From: an uncultured Actinomycetes bacterium
GTDB taxonomy: Bacteria; Actinomycetota; Actinomycetes; S36-B12; CAIYMF01
Length of the DNA: 32,000 nucleotides
Direction: 5' to 3'
NCBI GenBank assembly: GCA_963843975.1
Contig: CAWJMG010000001.1
Coordinates: 780,001-812,000 of the forward strand
Shown: piece after piece, positions 9,536 through 18,730 of the stretch
Layout of the letters: every line of letters begins with the position of its first letter
Position numbering within the stretch: position 1 is the stretch's first letter
Program-made: the position numbers and the translations under genes
The notes under the pieces: generated by a model
Seen by the model: the letters and a program-made list of their open reading frames with translations, nothing else
Database searches by the model: none
Told to the model about the DNA's origin: nothing

Positions 9536-10144
9536 CTAGCTGATGCCGAAGCTCGCCAGCTGCTCGGGCGTGCACGGCGTGCCGTCGCGGCCATCCGGCA
9601 GCTGGACCCTCTCGCCCTGGGCCACGGGCTCGAACCGGCTCCCGACCCGCAGGATGCAGCTGCCCTCGTCCGAGCTGACCGCGTTCGCGTCGTTCGAGTA
9701 CGTGCCGAACATCAGGATGCTCACGTAGGCGTACTGGTCGCCGACCCAGCCGGGCAGGTCGGCGTTGCTCATCTCCGCCTCCACCACGACGTACGGCGTG
9801 CCCTTCTCGAGCCGCATCTTCGGCGTGGTCACCGTGATCGAACGGCCCTGCTCGACGTAGCGCAGGTCGAGCCCCACCGCCTCGGACAGAGTCACCGCGT
9901 CGCCGGGCATCTGGCCGTAGCCCACGCGCTGCATCTGCGTGAAGGCCGTCAAGGCCTGCGCCTGGACCACAGCCATGAAGGTGCTGTCGCGCTCGGCTGT
10001 CGCGGCGCGGCGGTAGGTGTACGCCGAGGCCAGCAGGCCCACGACGAGAGCCGCCACGACGCCGAGGGCGATCAGGCGGCGCCGGCTCCGTCGCTGCGCA
10101 GTCGCGGGCTCCGTGCTGATCGGCGCTTCGGTGTCGATGCTCAT
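9536..10144 (-). CDS. Hypothetical single-pass membrane-anchored protein
   Basis: Track ORF 9536..10192. The preferred start is ATG 10144 (MSIDTEAPIS...). It has a basic stretch RRSRRR followed by the TM segment LIALGVVAALVVGLLASAY. High GC3. Confidence 0.6.
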   Translation of the reverse strand: MSIDTEAPISTEPATAQRRSRRRLIALGVVAALVVGLLASAYTYRRAATAERDSTFMAVVQAQALTAFTQMQRVGYGQMPGDAVTLSEAVGLDLRYVEQGRSITVTTPKMRLEKGTPYVVVEAEMSNADLPGWVGDQYAYVSILMFGTYSNDANAVSSDEGSCILRVGSRFEPVAQGERVQLPDGRDGTPCTPEQLASFGIS

Positions 10145-10222
10145 GACGAGTTCCCCATCTCCGGCCTGACCGGCCGTCCGCCCATGATGCACCGGCCCGC
10201 GGCCCCTGCGTGGCGTTCAGGC

Positions 10223-10522
10223 TCAGTCGATCATTCCCGCGAAGGGGCCTTCGGGCTCGGTCGCCGGTGCCTCGTCAGGCTCGGGGTTGTCGAGCTCGTA
10301 GAGGTCGGCGCGGTCCGAGCGCAGCACCGCGAGCAGCACTGCGCCGCCGGCGAAGATGTTCCCGAGCCAGAACGCGATCTGGCCGAGCATCGACTCGAGG
10401 ATGAGCCAGGTCGTGTCGTCGGACTGCACGCTGAACTGCGGGCGCCCGATCCACTGGATGGCGATGGCCACGGCGTACGCCGCGATGGCCGCCCAGACGA
10501 ACCGCCACTGGTACCTGCTCAT
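10223..10522 (-). CDS. Hypothetical small integral membrane protein
   Basis: 99 aa with hydrophobic segments (FVWAAIAAYAVAIAIQWI; IAFWLGNIFAGGAVLLAVL) and an acidic tail. Nearly all codons end in G/C. Confidence 0.6.
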   Translation of the reverse strand: MSRYQWRFVWAAIAAYAVAIAIQWIGRPQFSVQSDDTTWLILESMLGQIAFWLGNIFAGGAVLLAVLRSDRADLYELDNPEPDEAPATEPEGPFAGMID

Positions 10523-10584
10523 GACTCCCCCTCACCGGCTCGGCGAGCCGTCGCCCCAGCATGCCGTGGCACGGCCGGAGTTGT

Positions 10585-10620
10585 GGTCACGAGACTGCCC
10601 TTGAAGGGCGCTTTGTGACC
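10585..10620 (-). terminator. Candidate stem-loop terminator
   Basis: Outer stem ggtcac/gtgacc encloses inner stem gccc/gggc. It lies 15 nt downstream of the stop at 10635. Confidence 0.4.
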
Positions 10621-10634
10621 CTCAGGGGAAGCAA

Positions 10635-11711
10635 TCAGTGGCGGAGGCGGCGGGCTGCGTAGGTGGCGCCGACGGCGGCCAGGAGGACGGCGGCTGCGGC
10701 CAGGGCCAGGCGCAGCGGTCCGGGCCCGTCGTCCGTCGAGGCGCTGCCCGGGGCGTCCGACTCCTCCGGTGCCGCGGTGGTGGCGCTCGGGGCGTCGGTC
10801 GGCGTGCCGGTCGCGGCCGGGTCGGTCGGCGTCGGGGTCGCCGACTGCTCGGCTGCCTCGATCGGCACCAGCAGGAGCCGACGGTCGCGCTCGGAGGCCA
10901 CGACGAGCGCCGAGCCGTCACGGGTGAACGACACCGCCTCGCCCTGCGGCTGATCCGGGAGCGAGAGCGGCGTACCGGCACCGATCGACTCGGCCGACAC
11001 CGGGGCCGCGTGGAGCGTCGCGGAGAAGTAGTCGCGGATGACGTAACGGCTGCCGTCCGGCGACATGGCCGCATCGGTGACGAGCCCGCCGACCTGCGCG
11101 ACCCGCTTCGCCGTCGTCACCCCGGACGTCGAGAGCGGCACGCGGTAGACCGCGCCGCGGGCGAGCTGCTTGGTCACGACCCACACCTCGGCGCTCGTGG
11201 GCGACACCAGGATCGCCTCGGCGTTGTGCGGCTGGTCGGGGTAGGTGAAGCGGTACGTCGTGGCCTCCACCTGCTGGTCGACGAGCTTGGACGGCTCGAG
11301 GATCGCGTGCAGCCGCACCTCGGGCCAGACGTCGTTGTTGTCGCCGATGTCCGCCAGCCACAGCACCTTCCGGCCCAGCGGGTCGACGCCGGTGCCGATG
11401 GCCTCCATGTCGCGCGCGCCGATGTTGCGGATGCGCACCCGCGCGAGCACGTCGCAGGTCGTCCCGTCGAGCGCGTAGATGTAGGGCCCGTTGCCGGAGT
11501 CGGCGTGCACCCACCACACGCCGTCGTGCTTGGCCGACCACGTGATGCCGCTGATCTCCTCGAGCCGAGAGTCGCTGATGCGGCAGATCACCTGCGGGTC
11601 GTCCGCGGCGTACGCCGGTGCCGCAGCCGTCAGCGGCAGCGCCACCAGGGCAGCTGCGCCAAGCACACGGCCCATCCTGCGGCGCGGTAGCCCGAGGTCA
11701 CGCCCGTGCAC
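10635..11711 (-). CDS. Hypothetical secreted protein with a C-terminal membrane anchor (beta-propeller-like)
   Basis: Signal peptide MGRVLGAAALVALPLTAAAPAYA-ADD; an alternative start is ATG 11675. A Pro/Thr/Ala-rich linker is followed by the TM segment LALAAAAVLLAAVGATYAA and RRLRH. Confidence 0.7.
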   Translation of the reverse strand: MHGRDLGLPRRRMGRVLGAAALVALPLTAAAPAYAADDPQVICRISDSRLEEISGITWSAKHDGVWWVHADSGNGPYIYALDGTTCDVLARVRIRNIGARDMEAIGTGVDPLGRKVLWLADIGDNNDVWPEVRLHAILEPSKLVDQQVEATTYRFTYPDQPHNAEAILVSPTSAEVWVVTKQLARGAVYRVPLSTSGVTTAKRVAQVGGLVTDAAMSPDGSRYVIRDYFSATLHAAPVSAESIGAGTPLSLPDQPQGEAVSFTRDGSALVVASERDRRLLLVPIEAAEQSATPTPTDPAATGTPTDAPSATTAAPEESDAPGSASTDDGPGPLRLALAAAAVLLAAVGATYAARRLRH

Positions 11712-12951
11712 CGTCGCGCGCCTCCGCGAGCTGGGGCTCGATCCGCGCGGCCAGCGCCGGGCGGATCGACCACTCCTGCACGAGCCGGTCGTAGTCGGCC
11801 AGGTCGGCCGCGGTCGCCGGTGCCCCGGTGCGGACGGCGCGCAGCAGCAGGTTGCGCGGCGTGTGCTGGTCGCTCACGAACTCCACGGTCTCGACGCGAT
11901 AGCCGACGATCCGCAGCAGGGACGCGCGGATGCCGTCGGTGAGCACGTCGACCATCCGCTCGCGCAGCAGTCCGTAGCGGGCGAACAGGCCGAACGGCGA
12001 CGGCGCGGAGGCCTTGGTCACCTGGGTCTGCAGGTCGTGGTGGCAGCAGGGCGCGGCGAGCACGACCGGCGACTGCCACCGCACCGCGCGGGCCAGGGCG
12101 TCGTCCGTGGCGGTGTCGCACGCGTGCAGCGCGATCACGACGTCGGCGCGTGGCTCGTCCGCGGCGTCGGCGATCGTCGCCGCCTCGAAGGTGAGCCCGT
12201 CCGCCCACCCGAGGCGCTCGGCCAGCGCGGTGTTGCGCTCGCGGAACGACTCGCGCAGGTCGACGCCGTGCACCACCACGGGGATGCCGCGCACGCGCGC
12301 GAGCCAGACGTACGCCCCTACGGTGAGGTAGGCGTTGCCGCAGCCGAGATCGACCACGCGCCAGGGGTTCTCAGGCGTCGGCTCGGGCAGCGCGCGAGCG
12401 ACGCGGGCATCCTCGACCGCGCTCTCGAGCAGCTTCACGAACTGCTCGACCTGGCGGTACTTGTCCATCTTGGTCGGCTTGAGCCTGCCGAGGGAGTCGG
12501 CGACCCCCACAGCCATGAGGTACGCCTTGACGTCGGGGTGCTCGACGTCGAGCAGCCGCGGCTTCACGCGGTCGTGCGCGACGGGCACGTCCTCGACGGG
12601 CTCGACGCGGGGCGCGCGGTGCACCTGCGCGTCGCCCTTCTTGGTGATGCGCACCTGCACGACCTCGGTGCCGGTCTCGACGTGCCAGTTGCCGAAGCCC
12701 TGCTCGAGCAGGGCGTCGACGACGGCCGGCGCGGCGTCGGAGTCATGGTTGGCCGTGTGCGCCTGGCGCTCGTCGTACGTGACGACCTGCAGGCGGCGTC
12801 CGGCCTTGATGCCGACCGGTCGCAGCTCGGCGCGCTTCCACTCGAGAGGGACGCCGCGACGTCGACCGGCCGCCACCGCACGCACGAGGGTGGAGTCGTC
12901 GAGCAGCAGCGCCCGCACCTCGGCGCGAACGTCGGGCCAGGGAGCGGCCAC
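11698..12951 (-). CDS. Class I SAM-dependent methyltransferase-like protein
   Basis: 417 aa with a VVDLGCGNAYLT glycine-rich SAM motif. GTG start immediately follows the upstream stop. Confidence 0.75.
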   Translation of the reverse strand: MAAPWPDVRAEVRALLLDDSTLVRAVAAGRRRGVPLEWKRAELRPVGIKAGRRLQVVTYDERQAHTANHDSDAAPAVVDALLEQGFGNWHVETGTEVVQVRITKKGDAQVHRAPRVEPVEDVPVAHDRVKPRLLDVEHPDVKAYLMAVGVADSLGRLKPTKMDKYRQVEQFVKLLESAVEDARVARALPEPTPENPWRVVDLGCGNAYLTVGAYVWLARVRGIPVVVHGVDLRESFRERNTALAERLGWADGLTFEAATIADAADEPRADVVIALHACDTATDDALARAVRWQSPVVLAAPCCHHDLQTQVTKASAPSPFGLFARYGLLRERMVDVLTDGIRASLLRIVGYRVETVEFVSDQHTPRNLLLRAVRTGAPATAADLADYDRLVQEWSIRPALAARIEPQLAEARDGARA

Positions 12952-13728
12952 CTACGAGGTCGCCATCAGGAGTCGCTCGCGCAGCAGCCGCAGCGCGGTC
13001 TCGTCACCGGTGGTCGCGATGCCGTGCTCGCCGGGGCGGCCCCACAGGTGCAGCACCATCCCGGACGCCGGCCCGGCGACGAGCGCGTCGGCCTCGCCTG
13101 CACCGCCGACCACCTCGACGCTCGTCGGGTGCAGCGTGACGGTCCACGAGTGGTCGTCCGCGGCCACGAGCACGCGCTGGCCCGTGGCGCCCGGCTGCGC
13201 CGGCTCGTCGCCCCAGTCCCACGTCAGCCAGCCCAGCAGCTCGTCCACGCCGTCCGCCGCGAGGTCGCCGGGCACGTCGCCCGCGCCGTCGGGGCCGTCG
13301 GTGGCCGACTCGGCGTCCCAGCGGTGCACGGTGGTCTCCTGCGCCATCCGCCGGTGCCAGAAGCCGACGGTCTGCTCCTGCGGCCACCACGCGTAGGTCG
13401 GCGCGTCCTCGGGCCGTGCGGCCAGGAGGTCGCGCAGCTCGGCGTACGCCGCCCGGATCTCGTCGCGCACGTCGGCACCATCGGCCACCTCGCCCCAGGC
13501 GTCGGTGCGCTTCGGCGGTGCGGCATCGGTCTTCAGCACCACGATCTTGTGGCGGTAGACGCCCAGCACGTGCGACAGCAGCGCCGAGACGTCCCAGCCC
13601 GGGCAGCCGGGCACCTCGGCCGCCAGGTCGACGGACGCCTCGAGCATCGCCTCGAAGTCGGCGTCGAGGTGGGCGAGGTACTGCTCCGTGGTCAGGCGGG
13701 TGCCGTCGAGGCTCGGTTGCGGGGTCAC
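12952..13728 (-). CDS. DinB-like / mycothiol-dependent maleylpyruvate isomerase family protein
   Basis: 258 aa. N-terminal DinB-like helix bundle pattern (YLAHLDADFEAMLE...HVLGVYRH...HRRMAQETTVHRWD). GTG start with AGGA 8 nt upstream. Confidence 0.75.
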   Translation of the reverse strand: MTPQPSLDGTRLTTEQYLAHLDADFEAMLEASVDLAAEVPGCPGWDVSALLSHVLGVYRHKIVVLKTDAAPPKRTDAWGEVADGADVRDEIRAAYAELRDLLAARPEDAPTYAWWPQEQTVGFWHRRMAQETTVHRWDAESATDGPDGAGDVPGDLAADGVDELLGWLTWDWGDEPAQPGATGQRVLVAADDHSWTVTLHPTSVEVVGGAGEADALVAGPASGMVLHLWGRPGEHGIATTGDETALRLLRERLLMATS

Positions 13729-13804
13729 GTGCCGATCCTGCCACCCGCGGCGGACCCCGGGCCCCGGCGATAGCGCTGACTCGCGCCCGGCCTCCGCCTA
13801 GGGT

Positions 13805-14371
13805 GTGCCCGTGATCCGACGACCGTCCGGAGCCGAGGGTGCGATGCCCGCCGGCGCGATCGTCGTCGTCTCCCTCGTCCTCGCAGCCCTCCTCGGCCTC
13901 GCCATCGGCGCGGTGTGGGGGCTCGCCGGCGGTTCTGGCTCGCCCTCGGCGTCGGCCTCGCGGACGTCCACACCCACGACCGGACCGACGACACCGAAGC
14001 CCACCTCGGACGCGTCCACCGGCACCTCGACGGATCCGACCCCCACCGAGTCGTCGGCGCCCCCCACCGCGCCCGGGTCGGTGCCGCCCGCGCCCGACAC
14101 CACCACGACCTCGGCCGACGGCTGGCGCCTCGGCTCGTGGCGCATCACCAACACCGCCGGCGCGCTCGGCGTCGACACGACCGCGCGCAACACCTCGACG
14201 GGCACGCGCAGCGCCGACCTGATCCTCTACGTCTACGTCAACGGCGAGCACATCGCGACGACGACGGCACGCGTGACGGACGTGCCCGCCGGCGAGACCG
14301 TGCCGGTCAGCTTCACGGGCAACGACCCGTGGAAGGCCGGGACGAAGATCCTGCTGCTGCAGGTCGGCTAA
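13805..14371 (+). CDS. Hypothetical membrane-anchored protein with a Ser/Thr/Pro-rich linker
   Basis: 188 aa with the TM segment AIVVVSLVLAALLGLAIGAVWGL, an STP linker and a small C-terminal domain. The start is uncertain (GTG 13805 or 13811, or ATG 13844). Confidence 0.65.
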   Translation: MPVIRRPSGAEGAMPAGAIVVVSLVLAALLGLAIGAVWGLAGGSGSPSASASRTSTPTTGPTTPKPTSDASTGTSTDPTPTESSAPPTAPGSVPPAPDTTTTSADGWRLGSWRITNTAGALGVDTTARNTSTGTRSADLILYVYVNGEHIATTTARVTDVPAGETVPVSFTGNDPWKAGTKILLLQVG

Positions 14372-14376
14372 GCGCG

Positions 14377-14445
14377 TCAGCGCTGCAGGTACGCCGCGAC
14401 CGCGACCAGCACGATCGAGGCGGCGAGGACGCCGAGGGTGACCAT
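14377..14445 (-). CDS. Candidate 22-codon transmembrane micro-ORF
   Basis: MVTLGVLAASIVLVAVAAYLQR. Every codon ends in G/C. An in-frame GTG at 14466 would give 29 aa. It is too short for the ORF track. Confidence 0.3.
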   Translation of the reverse strand: MVTLGVLAASIVLVAVAAYLQR

Positions 14446-14505
14446 GCGCCGGGTCCTGGGATCCACGTCGGCCACCCTACGTCGCGGCTCGGATAGCCTG
14501 CGCAC

Positions 14506-14781
14506 GTGAGCACCGAGCAGCCGTCCGGCACCGAGCCCGTGGAGCCCGTGGCCCCCGAGGTCGCGGTGCTCGACGTCGACGGCGTGGGCGCGATCGCCGC
14601 CGGAACGATCGCGTGGACGGTCGCCCTCGTGCTCACGCTGGTCTTCCGCGGCCCGCTGACCGACGCCGGCAACGGCTGGTGGACCTGGGTGTGCCTCGCC
14701 GGGGCGCTGCTCGGCGCGCTCGGCCTCTGGTACGTGCGCCGCCGCCGCGACGCCTACCGGCGTGCGGCCGCCACGGCCTGA
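14506..14781 (+). CDS. Small two-TM membrane protein (DUF2530-like, tentative)
   Basis: 91 aa with a GTG start, two hydrophobic segments and a basic tail RRRRDAYRR. Confidence 0.6.
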   Translation: MSTEQPSGTEPVEPVAPEVAVLDVDGVGAIAAGTIAWTVALVLTLVFRGPLTDAGNGWWTWVCLAGALLGALGLWYVRRRRDAYRRAAATA

Positions 14782-14787
14782 TCCGAC

Positions 14788-15924
14788 CTAGAGGTCGTCG
14801 GGGTCGATGTCGAGGACGTCGGCGAGCTCGGGGTCCAGCGCCGTCTCGCGCTCGTCCGCCTGCTCGTCGTCCGCATCGTCGGAGTCGTCGGCGTCCTCGC
14901 CGCCGTCGGAGTCCTCGAGGTCGTCGAGGTCGTCCGCGACGTCGAGCAGGTCGTCGTCCACGTGGTGCGCGTCGACGAGAGCCTCGGGGTCGGCGAGCTC
15001 CTCGTCGTGGTTGACGTCATGGTCGTGGTCCAGCTCGGCGCCCGCCTCGAAGTCGCGCTCGGCGTCGAGGTCGGCCGGCTCGTCGATGACGACCTGCGAG
15101 GTGACCACCTCGTCGGCCGCGGCGTCGGCGACGAGCAGGCGCGCGTGCACCTCGACGAAGCCGTAGTCGTCGACCACGATCTCGGTGACGGGGATGCCGG
15201 TGCCCTCGATCTCGCGGACGCTCGAGTGCGCGCCGCAGCCGTACTCCAGCGAGACGACGGAGCCGTCGGCGCCGAAGGGGTTGGCGCAGACGCCGAAGGC
15301 CTGGCCGAGCAGACCGCCGATCGGCATGAGGAAGCCGCAGCTCGTGCAGGAGGCGGGTGCAGCCTTGGCCATCGCGGAGGCGGGGCCGCGGTCGCCGTCG
15401 TACCAGCGCTGGGCGGCGAGGTCGCGGCCGTGGACGGAGAGCACGCGCTCGCGGCCGAGGCCGAGCTCCCACTGCTCGGGGCGCAGCGTGGCGAGCGGGC
15501 TCGAGGGGTCGTCGAGCTCCTCGAGGAAGTCCTCGCCGCTGTAGCCGGCCTCGAGGCGCGGGTCCTCGGGCGACGTGGGGTGCAGGTCGCCAGGGCCGAG
15601 GTCGCCGGGGCGCACGCGCTCGTTCCACGGCACCCAGGCCGGCGGGAGGAGCGCGCCGTCGCCGGGCAGCAGCACGACCTCCGACACCGTGGCGGTGTCC
15701 TCGCCGGGGGCGCGGACGACGGTGACCGACCAGTGCCACCCGGCATAGGCCGAATTGGTGCAGGAGAAGAGGTGCGTGGCGAGGGCCGGGTCGGCGTCGG
15801 GCAGGACGGCGACGTGCTCGCCGACCTGCTCGGCCGGCGCGACCTCCAGCACCGCGGCGCGGGCGAGGTCGAGGGCGGCGGCGTTGCCGAGCACGGCGTC
15901 GAGGCCGAGATCCAGGGGTGTCAC
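14788..15924 (-). CDS. DUF3027-domain protein with a long poly-acidic C-terminal tail
   Basis: C-terminal part of track ORF 14788..16446. GTG 15924 has GAGGA 7 nt upstream. Conserved core: ...WVPWNERVRPGDLGPGDL...APASCTSCGFLMPIGGLLGQAFGVCANPF...GCGAHS. It lies next to a cold-shock gene, as is usual for this family. Confidence 0.8.
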   Translation of the reverse strand: MTPLDLGLDAVLGNAAALDLARAAVLEVAPAEQVGEHVAVLPDADPALATHLFSCTNSAYAGWHWSVTVVRAPGEDTATVSEVVLLPGDGALLPPAWVPWNERVRPGDLGPGDLHPTSPEDPRLEAGYSGEDFLEELDDPSSPLATLRPEQWELGLGRERVLSVHGRDLAAQRWYDGDRGPASAMAKAAPASCTSCGFLMPIGGLLGQAFGVCANPFGADGSVVSLEYGCGAHSSVREIEGTGIPVTEIVVDDYGFVEVHARLLVADAAADEVVTSQVVIDEPADLDAERDFEAGAELDHDHDVNHDEELADPEALVDAHHVDDDLLDVADDLDDLEDSDGGEDADDSDDADDEQADERETALDPELADVLDIDPDDL

Positions 15925-16082
15925 AGGGTCATCCTCGCCCACCCGGGCCCATCCGTGCCACGCGCCCCCGTCGGGCGGCGCGCCCGGACCGCGGCGCAGC
16001 GTGCCCGGATCGCCGACCGATGCAGCGAGGCCGCCGTCCCTCGCGGGGACGGCGGCCTCGTCGTGCTGACGGCGTTCGACGG

Positions 16083-16466
16083 CTACGCGTCGATGTCGTC
16101 GGCGATCTTGCGCAGCATCGCCGCGATCTGGCGGGAGTGCTTGTCGTCGGGATAGCGGCCCCGGCGCAGGGAGTTGGACGTGCCGTCGAGGAGCTTGATG
16201 AGGTCCTCGAGGATGACGGCCAGGTCCTCGGCCGGCTTGCGCGCGGCCTTGGCCACGCTCGGCGGGGCGTCCAGGAGCCGGATCGACAGGGCCTGCGGAC
16301 CGCGCTTGCCGTCGGCGATGCCGAACTCCACGCGCGACCCGGGCTTGAGGGCCTCGAGGCCGTTCGGCAGCGCCGAGGCGTGCACGAACACCTCGTCGCC
16401 CTCCTCGGTCGCGAGGAAGCCGAAGCCCTTCTCCACGTCGTACCACTTGACCTTGCCGGTCGGCAC
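16083..16466 (-). CDS. Cold-shock domain protein with a C-terminal extension (CspB-like)
   Basis: (M)PTGKVKWYDVEKGFGFLATEEGDEVFVHASAL. The GTG at 16466 is preferred over 16475; AGGA lies 10 nt upstream. Confidence 0.9.
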   Translation of the reverse strand: MPTGKVKWYDVEKGFGFLATEEGDEVFVHASALPNGLEALKPGSRVEFGIADGKRGPQALSIRLLDAPPSVAKAARKPAEDLAVILEDLIKLLDGTSNSLRRGRYPDDKHSRQIAAMLRKIADDIDA

Positions 16467-16624
16467 CGCACTCACGTCCTGTCTGTCGTCAGGAGACCCC
16501 CCGGGCCTCGTTGGCGTCCGCTCAGGCTATCTGCCCGGCCACGCCCGCCCCAACCGAGAACCGCCCCTCGGTCGTCACCGGAACGTCGTCGGTCCCCGCA
16601 CGTACAGTCGCCCCGTGGCTCCAC

Positions 16625-17058
16625 GTCGTTCGCCGGACCAGCGCACCCGCGCGCTCGCTCTCCCCCTCGAGCTGCCGGGCGCCACGCTCACCCACCCGTT
16701 CGGCGACGACGTCAACGTCTACAAGGTCGGCCTCGCGACGGCGACCGACGCCGGTGCAGGCCGGCACGCCGGCGGCAAGCTGTTCGCGATGATCGGCCTC
16801 TGGGGCGACCCGGGCGTCATCACGCTCAAGGTCGAGCCCGAGGTGGGGCCCACGCTCATCGCCGAGCACGCGGCCATCGAGCCGGGCTACCACATGAACA
16901 AGCGGCACTGGATCTCCGTCACCCTCGACGGCACGGTGCCCGACGCCGTGCTCCGCGAGCTGGTCGAGGACTCCTACGACCTCGTCGTCTCGACCCTGAC
17001 CGCCCGCCAGCGCTTCGACGTAGACCCCGACCGCTTCCCCCTCCCCGGCCGCCGGTGA
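16625..17058 (+). CDS. MmcQ/YjbR-family protein
   Basis: C-terminal part of track ORF 16174..17058: ...LPGATLTHPFGDDVNVYKVG...KLFAMI...ITLKVEPE...YHMNKRHWISV. The start is uncertain; GTG 16625 was chosen. Confidence 0.65.
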
Positions 17059-17128
17059 CCGCCGGCGGCTCCACGGCTGCTGTGGAACCCGGCACGTCGT
17101 GGTCGGTGGGGGTCCGTAGGGTGCGGGC

Positions 17129-18553
17129 ATGGCGAAGGTGAGGGTCCCCGGCTTCCGGTGCACGGAGTGCGGGTGGACGTCGCCCAAGTGGGTCGGGCGC
17201 TGCGGCGAGTGCCAGGCGTGGGGCACGGTCGCCGAGGTGTCGGCGCCGACGTCGTCCTCCGGGCTCAAGGCGCGCACCGACGGCGTCGCGCCCACACGAG
17301 CGGCGCGCCCGGTCAGCCAGATCGCCGAGGAGCACGTCGTGCGCTCCTCCAGCGGCATCGGCGAGTTCGACCGCGTCCTCGGCGGCGGCCTCGTCCCGGG
17401 CCAGGTGGTGCTCGTCGCCGGCGAGCCGGGCGTGGGCAAGTCCACGCTGCTGCTCGCCGTCGGTCACCACGTCGCCGAGAGCCTCGCCGCGGCCGACGTC
17501 GCGAGCCGGGGCACGGTGCTGTACGTCTCGGGCGAGGAGTCCGTCGAGCAGATCGGCGTACGCGCCCGGCGCATCGGCGCGGACTCCGAGCGGCTGCTGC
17601 TCGCCGACGAGAACGACCTCGCCACCCTGCTCGGCCACATCGAGGAGCACGACCCCGCGCTCATCGTCGTCGACTCGATCCAGACCATCGCGAGCGCCGA
17701 CGTCGAGGGCCGCGCGGGCGGCGTCGCGCAGGTCGTCGAGGTCACGCAGGTGCTCAGCCGCGTCGCGAAGTCGCGCCGTACGCCCATGCTCATCGTCGGC
17801 CAGTCGACCAAGGACAGCAGCATCGCGGGCCCCCGCGCCCTCGAGCACCTCGTCGACACCGTCCTCACCTTCGAGGGCGACCGTCACACGGCGCTGCGGC
17901 TCCTGCGGGCGGTGAAGAACCGCTACGGCCCGGCCGACGAGATCGTGTGCTTCGAGCAGGCCGAGGACGGCCTGCGCGAGGTCACCGACCCGAGCGAGCT
18001 CTTCCGCGAGCACCGCGACAAGCCCGTCCCGGGCGTCTGCGTCACGGTCACCATGGAGGGGCGTCGCCCGATGCTGGCCGAGGTGCAGTCCCTCGTCACC
18101 GCGGCCGCCACCCCCAACCCCCGCCGCGGTGTCAGCGGTCTCGACGCCGCCCGCGTCGCGATGCTCGTCGCCGTCACCGAGCGCTCGATCAAGCGCCACA
18201 TCTCCGACAAGGAGGTGTACGTCGCGACCGTGGGCGGGGCCAAGCTCGCCGACCCTGCGTGCGACCTCGCCGTCTGCCTCGCTATCGCGTCCGCGAGCCT
18301 CGAGCGGGCGCTGCACGGCGACGTCCTCGCGATCGGCGAGGTGGCGCTGTCCGGCGACGTCCGCCCCGTGCCCTTCCTCGCCCAGCGGGTGGCTGAGGCG
18401 CGTCGCCTCGGGTTCGAGCGCATCCTCATCCCGCGCGGCGGCAAGGCCAAGCTGCCGGCCGACGCCCGCGGCGGCATCGACGGCCCGCGCATCACCGAGG
18501 TGCACCACCTCGAGGACGCGTTCGGCATGCTCCGCCACCTGTCCGTCGTCTGA
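17129..18553 (+). CDS. radA: DNA repair protein RadA
   Basis: 474 aa with zinc finger CTECGW..CGEC, Walker A GEPGVGKST, KNRYG and a Lon-like C-terminal domain. Confidence 0.95.
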   Translation: MAKVRVPGFRCTECGWTSPKWVGRCGECQAWGTVAEVSAPTSSSGLKARTDGVAPTRAARPVSQIAEEHVVRSSSGIGEFDRVLGGGLVPGQVVLVAGEPGVGKSTLLLAVGHHVAESLAAADVASRGTVLYVSGEESVEQIGVRARRIGADSERLLLADENDLATLLGHIEEHDPALIVVDSIQTIASADVEGRAGGVAQVVEVTQVLSRVAKSRRTPMLIVGQSTKDSSIAGPRALEHLVDTVLTFEGDRHTALRLLRAVKNRYGPADEIVCFEQAEDGLREVTDPSELFREHRDKPVPGVCVTVTMEGRRPMLAEVQSLVTAAATPNPRRGVSGLDAARVAMLVAVTERSIKRHISDKEVYVATVGGAKLADPACDLAVCLAIASASLERALHGDVLAIGEVALSGDVRPVPFLAQRVAEARRLGFERILIPRGGKAKLPADARGGIDGPRITEVHHLEDAFGMLRHLSVV

Positions 18554-18730
18554 GCCAGGCGCGCTCCGGGCCACGAGCGAATGTCGTACGACGAGGCCTT
18601 CCACGTCTCGAAGGCGTATCGGGAGCGCCCGGAACGGCATCGCTCCCTCGTGCGTCGCTAGAGTGGCGGCGCCCGGGAGCCGCATCCAGCGCGTCGATCA
18701 GAGCCCGGGCGCGATGACCAGGGGGCACCA

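Noticed and set aside
8531-10618. Very long ORFs in the track that overlap well-supported genes on the other strand or in another frame. Examples: 8531..10618 (+), 11491..13773 (+), 1385..2476 (+), 16919..18685 (-), 13004..14251 (-), 26929..28503 (-), 22370..23704 (+) and 20877..21710 (+).
   Set aside because: The translations are Arg/Pro/Ala/Gly-rich low-complexity sequence with no recognisable motifs and without the third-position G/C bias of the overlapping genes. They are typical shadow ORFs of a stop-poor high-G+C genome.
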